The notes under the pieces are model-generated. The model searched no databases and was not told where the DNA came from. It saw only the letters and a program-made list of their open reading frames with translations. A stretch of DNA of 64,000 nt, from positions 66,075 to 130,074 of the forward strand of contig CAWBKO010000007.1 in NCBI GenBank assembly GCA_963789435.1, given 5' to 3'. Of the stretch, positions 32,993-43,073 are shown one piece after another; within the stretch, counting starts at the first letter, position 1, and each line of letters starts with the position of its first letter. The position numbers and the translations under genes were made by a program. Source of the DNA: an uncultured Chloroflexia bacterium. GTDB taxonomy: Bacteria > Chloroflexota > Limnocylindria > QHBO01.

Positions 32993-33836
32993 CTAGACCG
33001 GGATCCGGACGACGTCGAAGCGGACGAGGAGGGCGAGCGCCACCGAGATCCCGTTGACCGTGGCGTGCATCGCGATCGGCGCGAGCAGGTTGCCGGTTCG
33101 CTGGTAGACCCACGCCAGGGCCAGGCCGAGCAGGAAGATGGGCACCAGCGCCACCACGGAGAGATGGATCAGCGCGAAGAGCGCCGACGAGCCGATGAAC
33201 GCCCAACGACGTCCGCCCTCGCGCAGCCAGGCGTTGAAGACGACGCCGCGGAAGAAGATCTCCTCCGCAATCGGCGCCAGGATGACGACCGCGATCACGA
33301 CCAGCCAGGGATCGACCAGGGCGATCGCCTGCTCGGCTGCCTGTGGCTCGGCGTCGAAGCCGACGGCCTCCAGCACCCAGACCGCGGCCGCGGACGCGAG
33401 GGTCGCCCCGAGCCAGGCAGGAATTCCCCAGCCGAAGCCGGCGCGCAGCGCGCCGGCGGGGTCGCGGCCGGGCAGCGAGGGGAGCGCCTCGAGCGCCCGG
33501 GGCCGGAAGACGAGGAACCAGCTGACCAGCAGCATTGCCGCCTGGGTCGAGATGAGCAGCACCGCTGCACCGAGGAACGTGAGCTCGCCCTCGCCCAGGA
33601 GGAGGGCCGCCGCGTCCGACCCGAATGGCGCGGTGATGATGGACGCCAGCACCAGCACGAGGAGGACGAGCACCAGCACGCCCGGGCCGCGATAGCGCTC
33701 GGGGGCGCAGGTAGCGTCGGATGCGGAGCTGGCGAATCGCCACGTACAGAAGGCCGGCCGCGAACAGGAGAGCGCCGAGGAGGGCCAGCCACGCGAAGGC
33801 GGCGGGATCGAGGTCGCCCTCCGGGCGCTGCGCCAT
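32993..33836 (-). CDS. CPBP-family intramembrane glutamic endopeptidase (CAAX protease/Abi); frame-disrupted (1 shift ~33690)
   Basis: The N-terminus in ORF 32982..33836 (MAQRPEGDLDPAAFAWLALLGALLFAAGLLYVAI) joins ORF 32993..33862. That ORF carries LAPIAEEIFFRGVVF (EExxxR), SSALFALIHL (FxxxH) and PIAMHATVNG. Confidence 0.8.
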
Positions 33837-34617
33837 GACCGCACCGACGCCCAGCGCGCCAACCGCCAGGACTGCGCCGACGATCGCGCAGGAGCGGCCC
33901 GGGCCAGCGCGGCATCGTCACCGTGCCGGGTCCCACCGTCGGATGCGGCCCGGTTGGCAGCCCGGGGGGCTGATCCGGCCCGCCGGCGCGGTCCACGGGC
34001 GTCAGGCCCTCCGTCAGAGGTTCGTGGCGCCGCGAAGGCGTGCGTGCTCGGCCGTGGCGTCGGCCGGCCGACGGCTCGCCGTCCTCGGGCTCGATGGTCG
34101 CCACCGGGACCGTGCCACGCGAGCGCGTCACCCTCGGCTCACGCCCGAAGTCGGTGCCGCAGAAGGCGCACAGCGGCCAGTTCGGCTCGGCCAATCGGTT
34201 GCACGTCGGGCAGACCCGATGGAGCCGAGTGCGGCAGTTCGGGCAGACGAGCCACTCGGCGTCGACGCGATCACGGCAGACCGGACAGAGCTCGTTCTTC
34301 TCGACCTCGGCAAGCAGCGACTCCTCGGCCAGGCTGCGCTCGTAGACCTCGGCCAGCGTCTCGCGCGGCCGCACGATCAGGTACAGCACGACCGCGAACA
34401 GGAAGAGGAGCGGCGTGAAGAAGATGATGAGCGCGGCGGCGAAGTACGGAAGGATCGGGTTCTCGGTCCGCGCCTGCATGTCGCGGAACGCCCAGTACGC
34501 CGTGCCGAGCCAGAGCAGGACGACGTAGATCACGATCAGCTGGCTTGCCAGCTGCACGATCGGGTTGCTCAGGAATCCGTTCCAGAACTCGCCAATCGGT
34601 TCGAGAATCGCGTCCAT
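33837..34617 (-). CDS. Membrane protein with N-terminal 2 TM and double zinc ribbon; 3' boundary uncertain
   Basis: First ~200 aa of ORF 33295..34617. TMs LASQLIVIYVVLLWLGTAYWAF and ILPYFAAALIIFFTPLLFLFAVVLYLIV. Then CPVCRDRVDAEWLVCPNCRTRLHRVCPTCNRLAEPNWPLCAFCG. Past ~33840 the ORF is Arg-rich read-through over the CPBP gene, so a stop must have been lost or a shift occurs near 33840-33900. Confidence 0.6.
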
Positions 34618-34716
34618 CTACCTGCGCTGGCCTCTCCTGCGTGGGGGTCGGCGCCACTCGGACGCCGTCGGGAATGCTAGCACGCATCATGCCGCCGACC
34701 CCCGCCGGGGCCTGGG

Positions 34717-35297
34717 TCAGCGGCGCTCGGCGGCGATCTTCGCCAGCGTGGCGACCAGCAGCCGATGCTCCTCGGCGAGCACCCGCGCGGCGAGCGTCTC
34801 GGCATCGTCTCCGGCCATCACGGCGACGCGCGACTGGGCCAGGATCGGCCCGGCGTCAAGGTCGGGCGTGACCTCGTGGATGCGTGACACCGGTCTCGCG
34901 ATCGCCGGCGGCGAGCACCGAGCGGTGGACCGCCATCCCCATCATCCCGGCCCCGCCATGGGCGGGCAGGAGGCTCGGGTGGATGTTGATGGTGCGGCCG
35001 GAGTACGCCGCGAAGTACGACGGGCGCAGCAGCTGGTCGTAGCCGGCCAGCAGTGCGAGCTCGACGCCGGCCTGCTCGAACGCCGTACCGATGGCCGCAT
35101 CGCGGGCCGATGGCGTCTCCGCCATGGTCTCCGCGGCGCATGACCCGCGTCGGCACGCCATGCGCGGCGGCCACTTCGAGCGCCCGCACCCCGGACCGGT
35201 TGCTGACCACCAGGACCGGCTCCACGCCCGGCGGCGCGGATGCGAGCACGGCCTCGAGGTTCGACCCGCGCCCGGAGACGAGGACGCCCAGCCTCAT
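34717..35297 (-). CDS. purN: Phosphoribosylglycinamide formyltransferase PurN; frame-disrupted (2 shifts ~35130, ~34880)
   Basis: MRLGVLVSGRGSNLEAVL (ORF 34818..35297). LALLAGYDQLLRPSYFAAYSGRTINIHPSLLPAHGG (ORF 34856..35161). Then the third frame: IHEVTPDLDAGPILAQSRVAV...EEHRLLVATLAKIAAERR-stop at 34717. Confidence 0.9.
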
Positions 35298-35310
35298 GGG
35301 GAGGCCGGCC

Positions 35311-36345
35311 TCATACGAATCGGACGCGCGGCTCGCCCTCGGGAATCGGACTGACGCGCCCGATCGGTATCCATCGCCGACGCCGCCAGTGCCGCGTCAG
35401 CATGGGCCGCGGGGACGACGGCGGTGAGGCCGATCCCCACGTTGAAGGTGCGGACCATCTCCTCGTCGGCGATGTCGCCGCTCGACTGGATGAGACTGAA
35501 GATGGCGGGATCGGCCATGAGCCCGTCTCGATCTCCACGCCCAGCCCCGCCGGCAGGGTACGGGGCAGGTTCCCCTCCCATCCCCCGCCGGTGATGTGGG
35601 CGAGGGCCGCGATGTCGCTGCCTGCCTCTCGCAGCGCCCGGCGCAGGATCCGAACCTCGTCGAGGTACGACCGATGCGGCTCGAGGAGCGCGTCGCCGAT
35701 CGGTGTCGTCCGTTGTCCGGCATCGGCTTGCGCCAGGACGCCTCCGGCAGGATCCGCCGCGCCAGGCTGTAGCCATTCGTGTGCAGCCCGGACGAGGGCA
35801 GGCCGATGACGGCGTTGCCGGCGCGCACGCGTGAGCCGTCGATCAGGTCCTCGCGGGCGACGACGCCGACGATGAATCCCGACAGGTCGTAGTCGTCGGT
35901 CGACGCGAACAGGTCGGGCAGCTGAGCGGTCTCGCCGCCGATGAGCGGGATTCCCGCGGCGGCGCAGGCACGCGCCACGCCGCCGACGATCTCCCCGCCG
36001 ACCTCGGCGCGCAGCCGCCCGACGGCGAGATAGTCGAGGAAGAAGAGCGGGTCGGCGCCGGTGACGGCGATGTCGTTGACGCTCTGGTTGACGAGGTCGA
36101 TCCCGATCGTGTCGTGACGTTCGAGCGCCACCGCGACCTTCAGCTTGGTGCCGACGCTGTCGGTGCTGCTGACCAGGATCGGGTCGGGATGGGTCGTCGG
36201 GTCGAAGCGGAAGAGGCCGCCGAAGCCGCCGATGCCGCCGATGACCGCCGGGGTCGCGGCTGTCGGCCGCCGCGGCGGCGATGCGCTCGATGGTGCGTGC
36301 CGCCTCGGCCTCGTCGACCCCTGCCTCGCGGTAGGTGCGGGCCAC
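35311..36345 (-). CDS. purM: Phosphoribosylformylglycinamidine cyclo-ligase (AIR synthetase) PurM; frame-disrupted (4 shifts ~36260, ~35705, ~35510, ~35375)
   Basis: The GTG at 36345 begins immediately after the purF stop codon (36348). [34 protein letters not shown]...[48 protein letters not shown]...[13 protein letters not shown]...[14 protein letters not shown] (frame of ORF 35397..36131). [12 protein letters not shown]...[14 protein letters not shown] (frame of 35311..36636). [11 protein letters not shown] (ORF 35294..35776). Confidence 0.9.
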   Translation of the reverse strand: MARTYREAGVDEAEAARTIERIAAAAADSRDPGGHRRHRRLRRPLPLRPDDPSRPDPGQQHRQRRHQAEGRGGARTSRHDRDRPRQPERQRHRRHRRRPALLPRLSRRRAAARRGRRGDRRRRGACLRRRGNPAHRRRDRSAARPVRVDRRLRPVGIHRRRRRPRGPDRRLTRARRQRRHRPALVRAAHEWLQPGAADPAGGVLAQADAGQRTTPIGDALLEPHRSYLDEVRILRRALREAGSDIAALAHITGGGWEGNLPRTLPAGLGVEIETGSWPIPPSSVSSSRAATSPTRRWSAPSTWGSASPPSSPRPMLTRHWRRRRWIPIGRVSPIPEGEPRVRFV

Positions 36346-36347
36346 GC

Positions 36348-37850
36348 TCAGCGCCGCTCCATCGCCAGCTTGTCGAGCTCGAGCGGCACGTCGGTCGGAT
36401 AGACGCCGTCGAAGCAGGCGGTGCAGCGCGCGGTCGGTCGTGTCCGCCGACGGCCTCGAGCAGCGCCTGCTGCGAGAGGTAGCCGAGCGAATCGGCGCCG
36501 ATCGCGGCGCGGATGCTCTCGAGCGAGTGGTTCGCCGCGATGAGCTCCTCGCGGCGCCCGGTGTCCACGCCCATGTAGCACGGGTGGCGCATCTGCGGCG
36601 AGTGGATGCGAACGTGGACCTCGGCAGCCCCGGCACGGCGCAGCATGGCGACGATCGGCCCGGTGGTGGTGCCGCGCACGATGGAGTCGTCGACCACGAC
36701 GACGCGCTTGCCGGAGAGCAGCTCGGGGAGCGGGTTGAACTTCAGGCGCACCGCCTCGTCGCGGCTGCGCTGCGCGGGCTGGATGAAGGTCCGACCGACG
36801 TAGCGGCTCTTGATGAGGCCCTCGCGGTAGGGCAGTCCCGCCTCCTCGGCATAGCCGATGGCGGCCGGGATGGCCGAGTCGGGAACCGCGATGACGAGAT
36901 CCGCATCGGCCGGGTGCTCGCGCGCCAGGCGCCGCCCCATCTCGAGGCGCGCCTCGTACAGCAGCCGGCCGTCGATGACCGAGTCGGGCCGCGCCAGGTA
37001 CACGAACTCGAAGACACAGAGTCGCTCGCGGCTCCGGGTCGGCGCGATTCGATCGGAACGAGTGCGACGCCGTCGTCGTCGATGGTGAGCACCTCGCCGG
37101 CATCGACGTCGCGCACGAACTGGGCGCCCATCGCATCCAGCGCCGTGCTCTCCGAGCCGACCGCCCAGCCGCCGCCGGGCAGCCGTCCGAGGGCAAGGGG
37201 ACGGAAGCCGATCGGATCGCGCGCCGCCACGAGGGCCGTCTGCGTGAGCATGGTGAAGGTGAAGGCGCCCGACGGCCCGGTGGAAGGCGTGGTCGACGCG
37301 CTGTGCCCAGGTTCGTCCCGGCGCATGCGCGATCAGCTTGGCGAGCACCTCCGTGTCCGATGCCGATCCGAACTCGATTCCCTGCTCGGTCAGCTCGTCG
37401 CGCAGCCAGGTCGCGTTGGTGAGGTTGCCGTTGTGCCCGAGCATGAGCTCGCCGATGTCGGAGCGCGCGTAGACGGGCTGCACGTTCGGCAGGGTGTTGG
37501 ACCCGGTGGTGCTGTAGCGCGTATGCCCGATGGCGCCTTCGGCGGCTGCGCCGCCTTCCTCACCGCCCTTCGAGCCGGGCAAGCGTCTCCTCGTCGAACA
37601 CGCTGCTGACGAGGCCGATGCGCTTGTGCAGGCTCAGCTGGCCACCATCGGTGACGGCGATGCCGGCCGACTCCTGGCCGCGATGCTGGAGGGCGTGCAG
37701 CCCGACGTAGGCCAGGCGTGCGACGGGCTCGCCGGGCGCCCAGATGCCGACCACGCCGCACTCCTCGCGCGGGCCGTGCGGCTGGTAGATGGGGAGCGCT
37801 TCGCCCGATCCGTGCGGCAGGCGAATTGGCGCGCGCACGGGATGGGTCAA
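36348..37850 (-). CDS. purF: Amidophosphoribosyltransferase PurF with N-terminal propeptide; frame-disrupted (4 shifts ~37570, ~37280, ~37045, ~36425); start TTG 37850 or GTG 37838
   Basis: - EECGVVGIWAPGEPVARLAYVGLHALQHRGQESAGIAV (ORF 37560..38222).
- AIGHTRYSTTGS...LGHNGNLTNA (ORF 36140..37582).
- AARDPIGFRPLALG (ORF 36742..37326).
- CVFEFVYLARPDS...VIAVPDSAIPAAIGYA...RYVGRTFIQP...VVVVDDSIVRGTT...SPQMRHPCYMGVD.
- CTACFDGVYP...stop (ORF 36348..37196). Confidence 0.9.
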
Positions 37851-38052
37851 GCGGATCGGTGCTGACGCGGGCACGCGGCCATCGATAGCGAGCCGGAGCG
37901 GCCACCGATGGCGGTCCGCAACGTGATCGCCGAGAGTACGGCCGAGGTACTGCAGCAATCCGCACAACGGCCCGTTTTTGGCGTCGATGGCGCGTTTGCC
38001 GCGAGGCAACGCGGGACCATCGGCCCATGGCTCGATCCGGACCCGCGACGCC

Positions 38053-39702
38053 ATGCTGCATCCGATGCTCTTCCTCGTCCGGCTCCTCGGGTTCCTTGCC
38101 CCCTTTGCCATCGCCGGCCTCGCCGTCATCGCCGTAGCGGTCACGGCGCAGACTCGAGCAGGCCAACCGAGGGGCGCTCGCGCTCGTCGTCGCGGCGGGC
38201 GTCGTGGCCGGATGACGACCATGGCCCTCGTCGCGTGGAGCTACATCGGCTGGCGCTTCACCCGCATCGCGCGGCGCGCTGGAGCGGACCCTCGAGACCG
38301 ACGAGTCGATCCACCTGCGCGAGGGCGGCATCCCAGGCGAGCGACGCCTGGCGAAGGCCTTCAACGCCGCCAGCGGCGCCTTCCTCCAGGTCGAGGCGCG
38401 CGCCACCCATGACCGGCTGACCGGCATCCCGAACCGCGAGACCCTGCTCGCGATGCTCGGCGCCGAGGTCGAGCGATCGGTCCGCCATTACAAGCCGCTC
38501 AGCGTCGCCTTCATCGACATCGATCGCTTCAAGCCGATCAACGACACCTACGGGCACGACTCCGGCGACGCCGTGCTGCGCCAGCTCGCCGACCTCGTGG
38601 CCGACGGGGTGCGCGTCAGCGACACGTTCGGTCGCTACGGGGGCGAGGAGTTCATGCTGATCCTGCCCGAGACCATGCCCGAGGACGCCGTCCGCCTGGC
38701 CGAGGAGCTGCGCGTCCTCGTCCAGAACGAGACCCTGCGCATCGCGAGCGACCAGACCGTCAAGGCAACGATCAGCATCGGGATCGCCGGCGGCCGCGGC
38801 TCGGAGCTCCAGCTCGACATGCTGGTCGACCGCGCCGACGCGGCCATGTACGCGGCCAAGGCGCTGGGCCGTAACCGCACCTACCTGTTCCGCGAGCTCG
38901 ACGAGGGGGCACCGGTGCGGCGCGCGCCGATCTCGGCGGAAGCGCCGCGCACAGGCCACCGCCATCGGCCAATGGGCCAGCGACACGGCCACCCAGGCGC
39001 TGGCATCGGTGCTGGCGCCGCAGCCGCATCACCGCGGGCGCCCGTCCGACATGATCGCCGCGCTCGCGACCGGCATCGGCCTGGAGATGGGCCTGCCGCA
39101 CGAGGAGATCGAGCGCATCCGAATCGCGTCGCTACTGCACGACCTCGGCAAGATCGCGATCCCCGAGGAGATCCTGGACAAGCCGACCTCCCTTTCCGAC
39201 GAGGAGTGGCAGGCAATCGGCGAGCATCCGCGCATCGGGCAGGTCATCCTCGAGTCGGCCTCGAACCTGCGCGACGCGATCCCGGTCGTGCTGCATCATC
39301 ACGAGCGTTTCAACGGCGGCGGATACCCGCACGGCCTGAAGGGCAACGAGATTCCCCTGGGCGCCAGGATCGTCAGCGTCGCCGATGCGTACCACGCCAT
39401 GGTCCATGATCGGCCGTACAGCTCGGCCCTCACCCACGAGGAAGCGCTGGCCGAGCTTCGCGGTCAATGCCGGCACACAGTTCGACCCGGAGGTGGTCGA
39501 GGTGTTCTGCGATGTCTACGACTCGGTCGTGCCGCCCGACGGGCTCGAGGAGGTCTACCGTCTCCACGAGCGCGCGCGCGGCGGCCTGTCGCATATCCCG
39601 GTCAGCCACGACCATCCGCATCCGGGCGAGGTCGACGATCCCGCGCCACGCACCACCCGCACCAGGCGCCGCCCGGGCCGCGCTCGCGAGGCGTCCGGCT
39701 GA
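38053..39702 (+). CDS. Membrane-anchored GGDEF diguanylate cyclase fused to an HD-GYP phosphodiesterase domain; frame-disrupted (>=5 shifts); start uncertain
   Basis: TM MLFLVRLLGFLAPFAIAGLAVIAVAV (ORF 37978..38412), with a second TM split over two frames. GGDEF domain: DRLTGIPNRE...LSVAFIDIDRFKPINDTYGHDSGDAVL...FGRYGGEEFMLILP...RADAAMYAAKALGRN (ORF 38453..39409). HD-GYP domain: IASLLHDLGKIAIPEEILDKP..LSDEEW..IGEHPRIG...VVLHHHERFNGGGYPHGLKGNEIPLGARIVSVADAYHAMVHDRPY (frame of 39009..). Tail GTQFDPEVVEVF...stop 39702 (ORF 39385..39702). Confidence 0.8.
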
Positions 39703-40168
39703 TGCGATCCGGCCTTCTCCTCGTCCTTGCGATCGTGGCGGTGCTCTCCGGGGCGCCGTCGTCGGCGTCCGCGACCGACTCCGGTGGCATCCCGAGGCTC
39801 GCGGCAAACCCGGCGACGACACCGGCTGCCGAAACGGCGCCGGCCAAGGCCGAGCCCACGTTGGTGCCGTTCGGGATCGCGATCGGCGGGCTCGCCGGGC
39901 TCGCCCTCTTCGCCTGGATGTCCTGCTCCCCCGCCGACGGCGCAGGGTCGAATCGGGGCCGTCCGACGGCCGCCCGGCTCTTCCGGCGAGCCGAACCGCC
40001 GCCGACGAGCACGTGGCCGCCGCGCTTCATCGCCGAACGCTGCGGCGTGGTCGCATGCGACTCGAGGAGGATCCGATCATCGCCTCGATGGGCGTCGGCT
40101 CGCGCGCTCGCCCGAAGCACGGCGTCAGTCGAGCGGAGCGAGCCGCCCGGCGATCGCGACGCACCTAG
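39702..40168 (+). CDS. Small hypothetical protein: signal peptide, P/A/T-rich segment, one TM, basic tail; probably frame-disrupted (~39930)
   Basis: The ATG at 39702 overlaps the upstream TGA by 1 nt. MRSGLLLVLAIVAVLSGAPSSASA-TDSGG...PATTPAAETAPAKAEPT-LVPFGIAIGGLAGLALFAWM (frame of ORF 39009..40928, which has no stop until 40928). The frame of ORF 39467..40168 gives LLPRRRRR... right after the TM. It stops in a CTAG shared with the convergent purL stop. No homology recognised. Confidence 0.4.
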
Positions 40169-42388
40169 AAGGCGGTTCGCCAGGCCTCCGTCAGACGCGC
40201 AACCGGGGCTGACGATCCGGACGCTTCCGAACTGGAGGTCGAGCTCATCGCCGGCGACAACGCCGAGCGCCGCGGCCGCCACCCCCGCCTCCCGGGCGGC
40301 GCGCCGCAGGTCCGCCACCCGTGCCGGCTCCACGCCGGTCACGACGCGGCCGCCTCGCTCACCGAAGGCGGCCGCCGTCGCCAGCGGGTCGGCAACGTCC
40401 ACTCGAGCGCGCACGCCCAGGTCCGCCGCGATCGCCATCCGCGCCAGCGCGACGGCGAGCCCCCCACCGAGCAGTCGTGCGCCGCACGCGACCGTCCTGG
40501 CGCGCGCGAGCTCGGGAAGGAGCCGGATCAGCCTGCCGGCGGCCGCGAGATCGAGGGTCGGGACGCCCCCGCGAAGCCCGCGACGCCAGGCGAGCTCCGA
40601 GCCCGGCGAGCGCGTCGGCGTCCGAACCGTGCTCGCCGAGCAGCCAGACCTCGTCGCCGGGCGCCCACGCCATGCGCAGCGCCGTCTTCCGATCCTCCAG
40701 CAGCCCGACCGTGCCGACCACCGGCGTCGGCAGGATCGGCCCGTCCGGCGTCTCGTTGTAGAGGCTGACGTTGCCGGACACGACCGGCACGCCCAGCGCG
40801 CGGCACGCGTCGGCGATCCCGTCGATCGCCCGCTCGAGCTGCCACGCGCCGAGGTCGGTCTCGGGCGAGCCGAAGTTCAGGCAGTCGGTGATCCCGATCG
40901 GGGTCGGCCCCGTGGCAGGCCACGTTGAGGGCGCCCTCCACCACCGCCGAGACGCCGGCGAGGTACGGGTCGAGGGCGCCGACGCGCGCCGGGCCGGGAC
41001 CGTCGATCGCGAGCGCCAGTGCGCGGCCGGTGCCCTTCACGCGCAGCAGCGCGGCATCGCCGGCCCCGGGACCGACCAGGGTGTTCGTGCCGTTCATGTG
41101 GTCGTAGCGGCGCCAGATCGGCTTGCGGTCTCGCGCGTTCGGCGACGCCGAGCAGCGCGAGCAGCGTCGCGGCCGACGGCGGCTCGGCGGCCAGCGCGTC
41201 GAGGTCCGGCGCGACCGATCGGCGCCGGCGTGCCGGAGATCGCGTAGCGCGGCGCGTCGTCGGCCAGGGCACGGCCCGGCACCTCGCAGACCAGCTCCCC
41301 GGCCGCGTGGCAGCGGATGACCGGCTCATCGATCACCGTGCCGATCTCGGCGGCGTGCAGCTCGTAGCGATCGAAGATCGTCGCGCACCTCGGCGACGCG
41401 GCCGGATCGAACCACGATCAGCATCCGCTCCTGCGACTCGCTCAGGAGGACCTCGTACGGCGTCATGCCCGACTCACGGCGCGGGACCGCGTCCAGGTCG
41501 ACCTCGGCGCCCACCCCGCCGCGCGCCGTGAGCTCGGCCAGCGCGCAGGTCAGGCCGGCCGCGCCGAGGTCCTGCATGGCGATCACGGCGTCGATGCGCG
41601 CCAGCTCGAGGCACGCCTCCATCAGCAGCTTCTCGAGGAACGGGTTGCCGACCTGCACCGCCGGGCGGCGCTCCTCGCGGTCGTCGCCGAGCGTGGCCGA
41701 CGCGAACGAGGCGCCCTGGATCCCGTCGCGACCGGTGGACGCGCCGACCAGCAGCAGGACGTTGCCGGCGCCGGCCGCCCGCGCCAGGGTGATCTCATCG
41801 TGACGAGCGATGCCCACGCACATGGCGTTGACGAGCGGGTTGCCCGAGTAGCTCGCGTCGAAGGTGATCTCGCCGCCGACGTCCGGGATGCCGATGCAGT
41901 TGCCGTAGCCCGCGATCCCGCCGACGACGCCGCCGAACAGGTAGCGGTTGCGCGCGGCCACGGTCGCATCGGTCTCGGCGTCGGGCTCGAGCGGCCCGAA
42001 CCGCAGGCTGTTGAGGAGCGCGATCGGGCGCGCGCCCATCGTGAAGATGTCGCGGATGATGCCGCCGACCCCGGTGGCCGCGCCCTGGTAGGGCTCGACC
42101 GCGCTCGGGTGGTTGTGGGACTCGACCTTGAAGACGACCGCCAGGCCATCGCCGATGTCGATCGCGCCAGCGTTCTCGCCCGGCCCGACCAGCACGCGAT
42201 CACCCGTCGACGGCAGCCGGGCCAGCAGCAGGCGCGAGTGCTTGTAGGCGCAATGCTCCGACCACATCGCGCCGAACATGCCGAGCTCGAACGGCGTTCG
42301 GGGCGCGCCCGAGGGCATCGACGACGAGCTCGTACTCCGTCTCGGTCAGGCCGTGGCGCTGCTCGGCCGGGGGCGGCGCCAGTGTCAT
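40165..42388 (-). CDS. purL: Phosphoribosylformylglycinamidine synthase subunit PurL (FGAM synthase II); frame-disrupted (~7 shifts)
   Basis: - [31 protein letters not shown] (ORF 42200..42388).
- [18 protein letters not shown]...[48 protein letters not shown]...YGNCIGIP...[10 protein letters not shown]...VQVGNPF...MQDLGAAGL...SESQERML (ORF 41326..42318).
- [20 protein letters not shown] (40528..41097).
- [11 protein letters not shown]...[13 protein letters not shown] (40359..40790).
- [16 protein letters not shown] (39602..40438).
- third-frame end [14 protein letters not shown]-stop at 40165. Confidence 0.9.
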
Positions 42389-42405
42389 TTGCCAGTGTCA
42401 TCCGG

Positions 42406-43069
42406 TCAGGGCTGCGGGCCACCCAGCGGCTGGTCGCGACCGAGCTCCAGGATGATGGCGCCGATCGCCGCCGCGGCAGTGCCCAGCAGGAGCAACAGCT
42501 CGCCCACCCCGGCATTGCCGAAGCCGATGCGGTCGAGCGCCATCCCGAAGCCGATCAGCACGATGACGAGCGTCATCAGGCGCTGGTGCGGAATGGCCGG
42601 CACGTTCGCCGACAGGAAGACCGTGGCCGCGATGCCGATCAGGAGGAGCAGCAGGACCAGGTCGATCGGGTTCAGCACCCCACCGAAGAGTCCGATGACG
42701 ACGCCGAGGGCGGCAACCACCGAGCCGCCACCGATCAGCCAGGCCGAGAGGGTGACCGGCATCGTGACGGGAACGTTGACCGGCGGAGGTCACGCGGCGA
42801 TCTGCGGGCTGCGGCGAAGGTTCGGCGGCCGGCGCGGCCGGCGGGGGCGGCGGCACGTCAGTCCGCGTCGGCTCCTCCCAGCGTGGCGGCGGGGCTGCCG
42901 GAGCCGGTGACCGTGCCGGGGCCTCGGCCTCGTCCGCGGCCGGATCCGGCCACGCCGGAGCGGCCGGGATCTCCGTCTCTGACGCCTGGTCGATCGGTTG
43001 GCCGCAGGTCGGACAGAACACGGCCAGGTCCTCGACCTCGGTGCCGCAGTTGGCGCAGAAGCGGGACAT
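42406..43069 (-). CDS. Zinc-ribbon membrane protein (N-terminal zinc ribbon, Pro-rich linker, ~4 TM C-terminal domain); frame-disrupted (1 shift ~42775)
   Basis: ORF 42398..43069 begins MSRFCANCGTEVEDLAVFCPTCGQPI, followed by a P/A/E-rich stretch. ORF 42406..42762 supplies the TM block WLIGGGSVVAALGVVIGLFGG, LVLLLLLIGIAATVFL, LMTLVIVLIGFGMAL, LLLLLGTAAAAIGAIIL. It ends 17 nt upstream of the purL start. Confidence 0.65.
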
Positions 43070-43073
43070 CCGG

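Noticed and set aside
39009-40928. 639-aa plus-strand ORF as a single gene
   Set aside because: It is a composite. It contains the HD-GYP segment of the GGDEF gene, then the small signal-peptide ORF, then antisense read-through of purL (S/R/P/A-rich).
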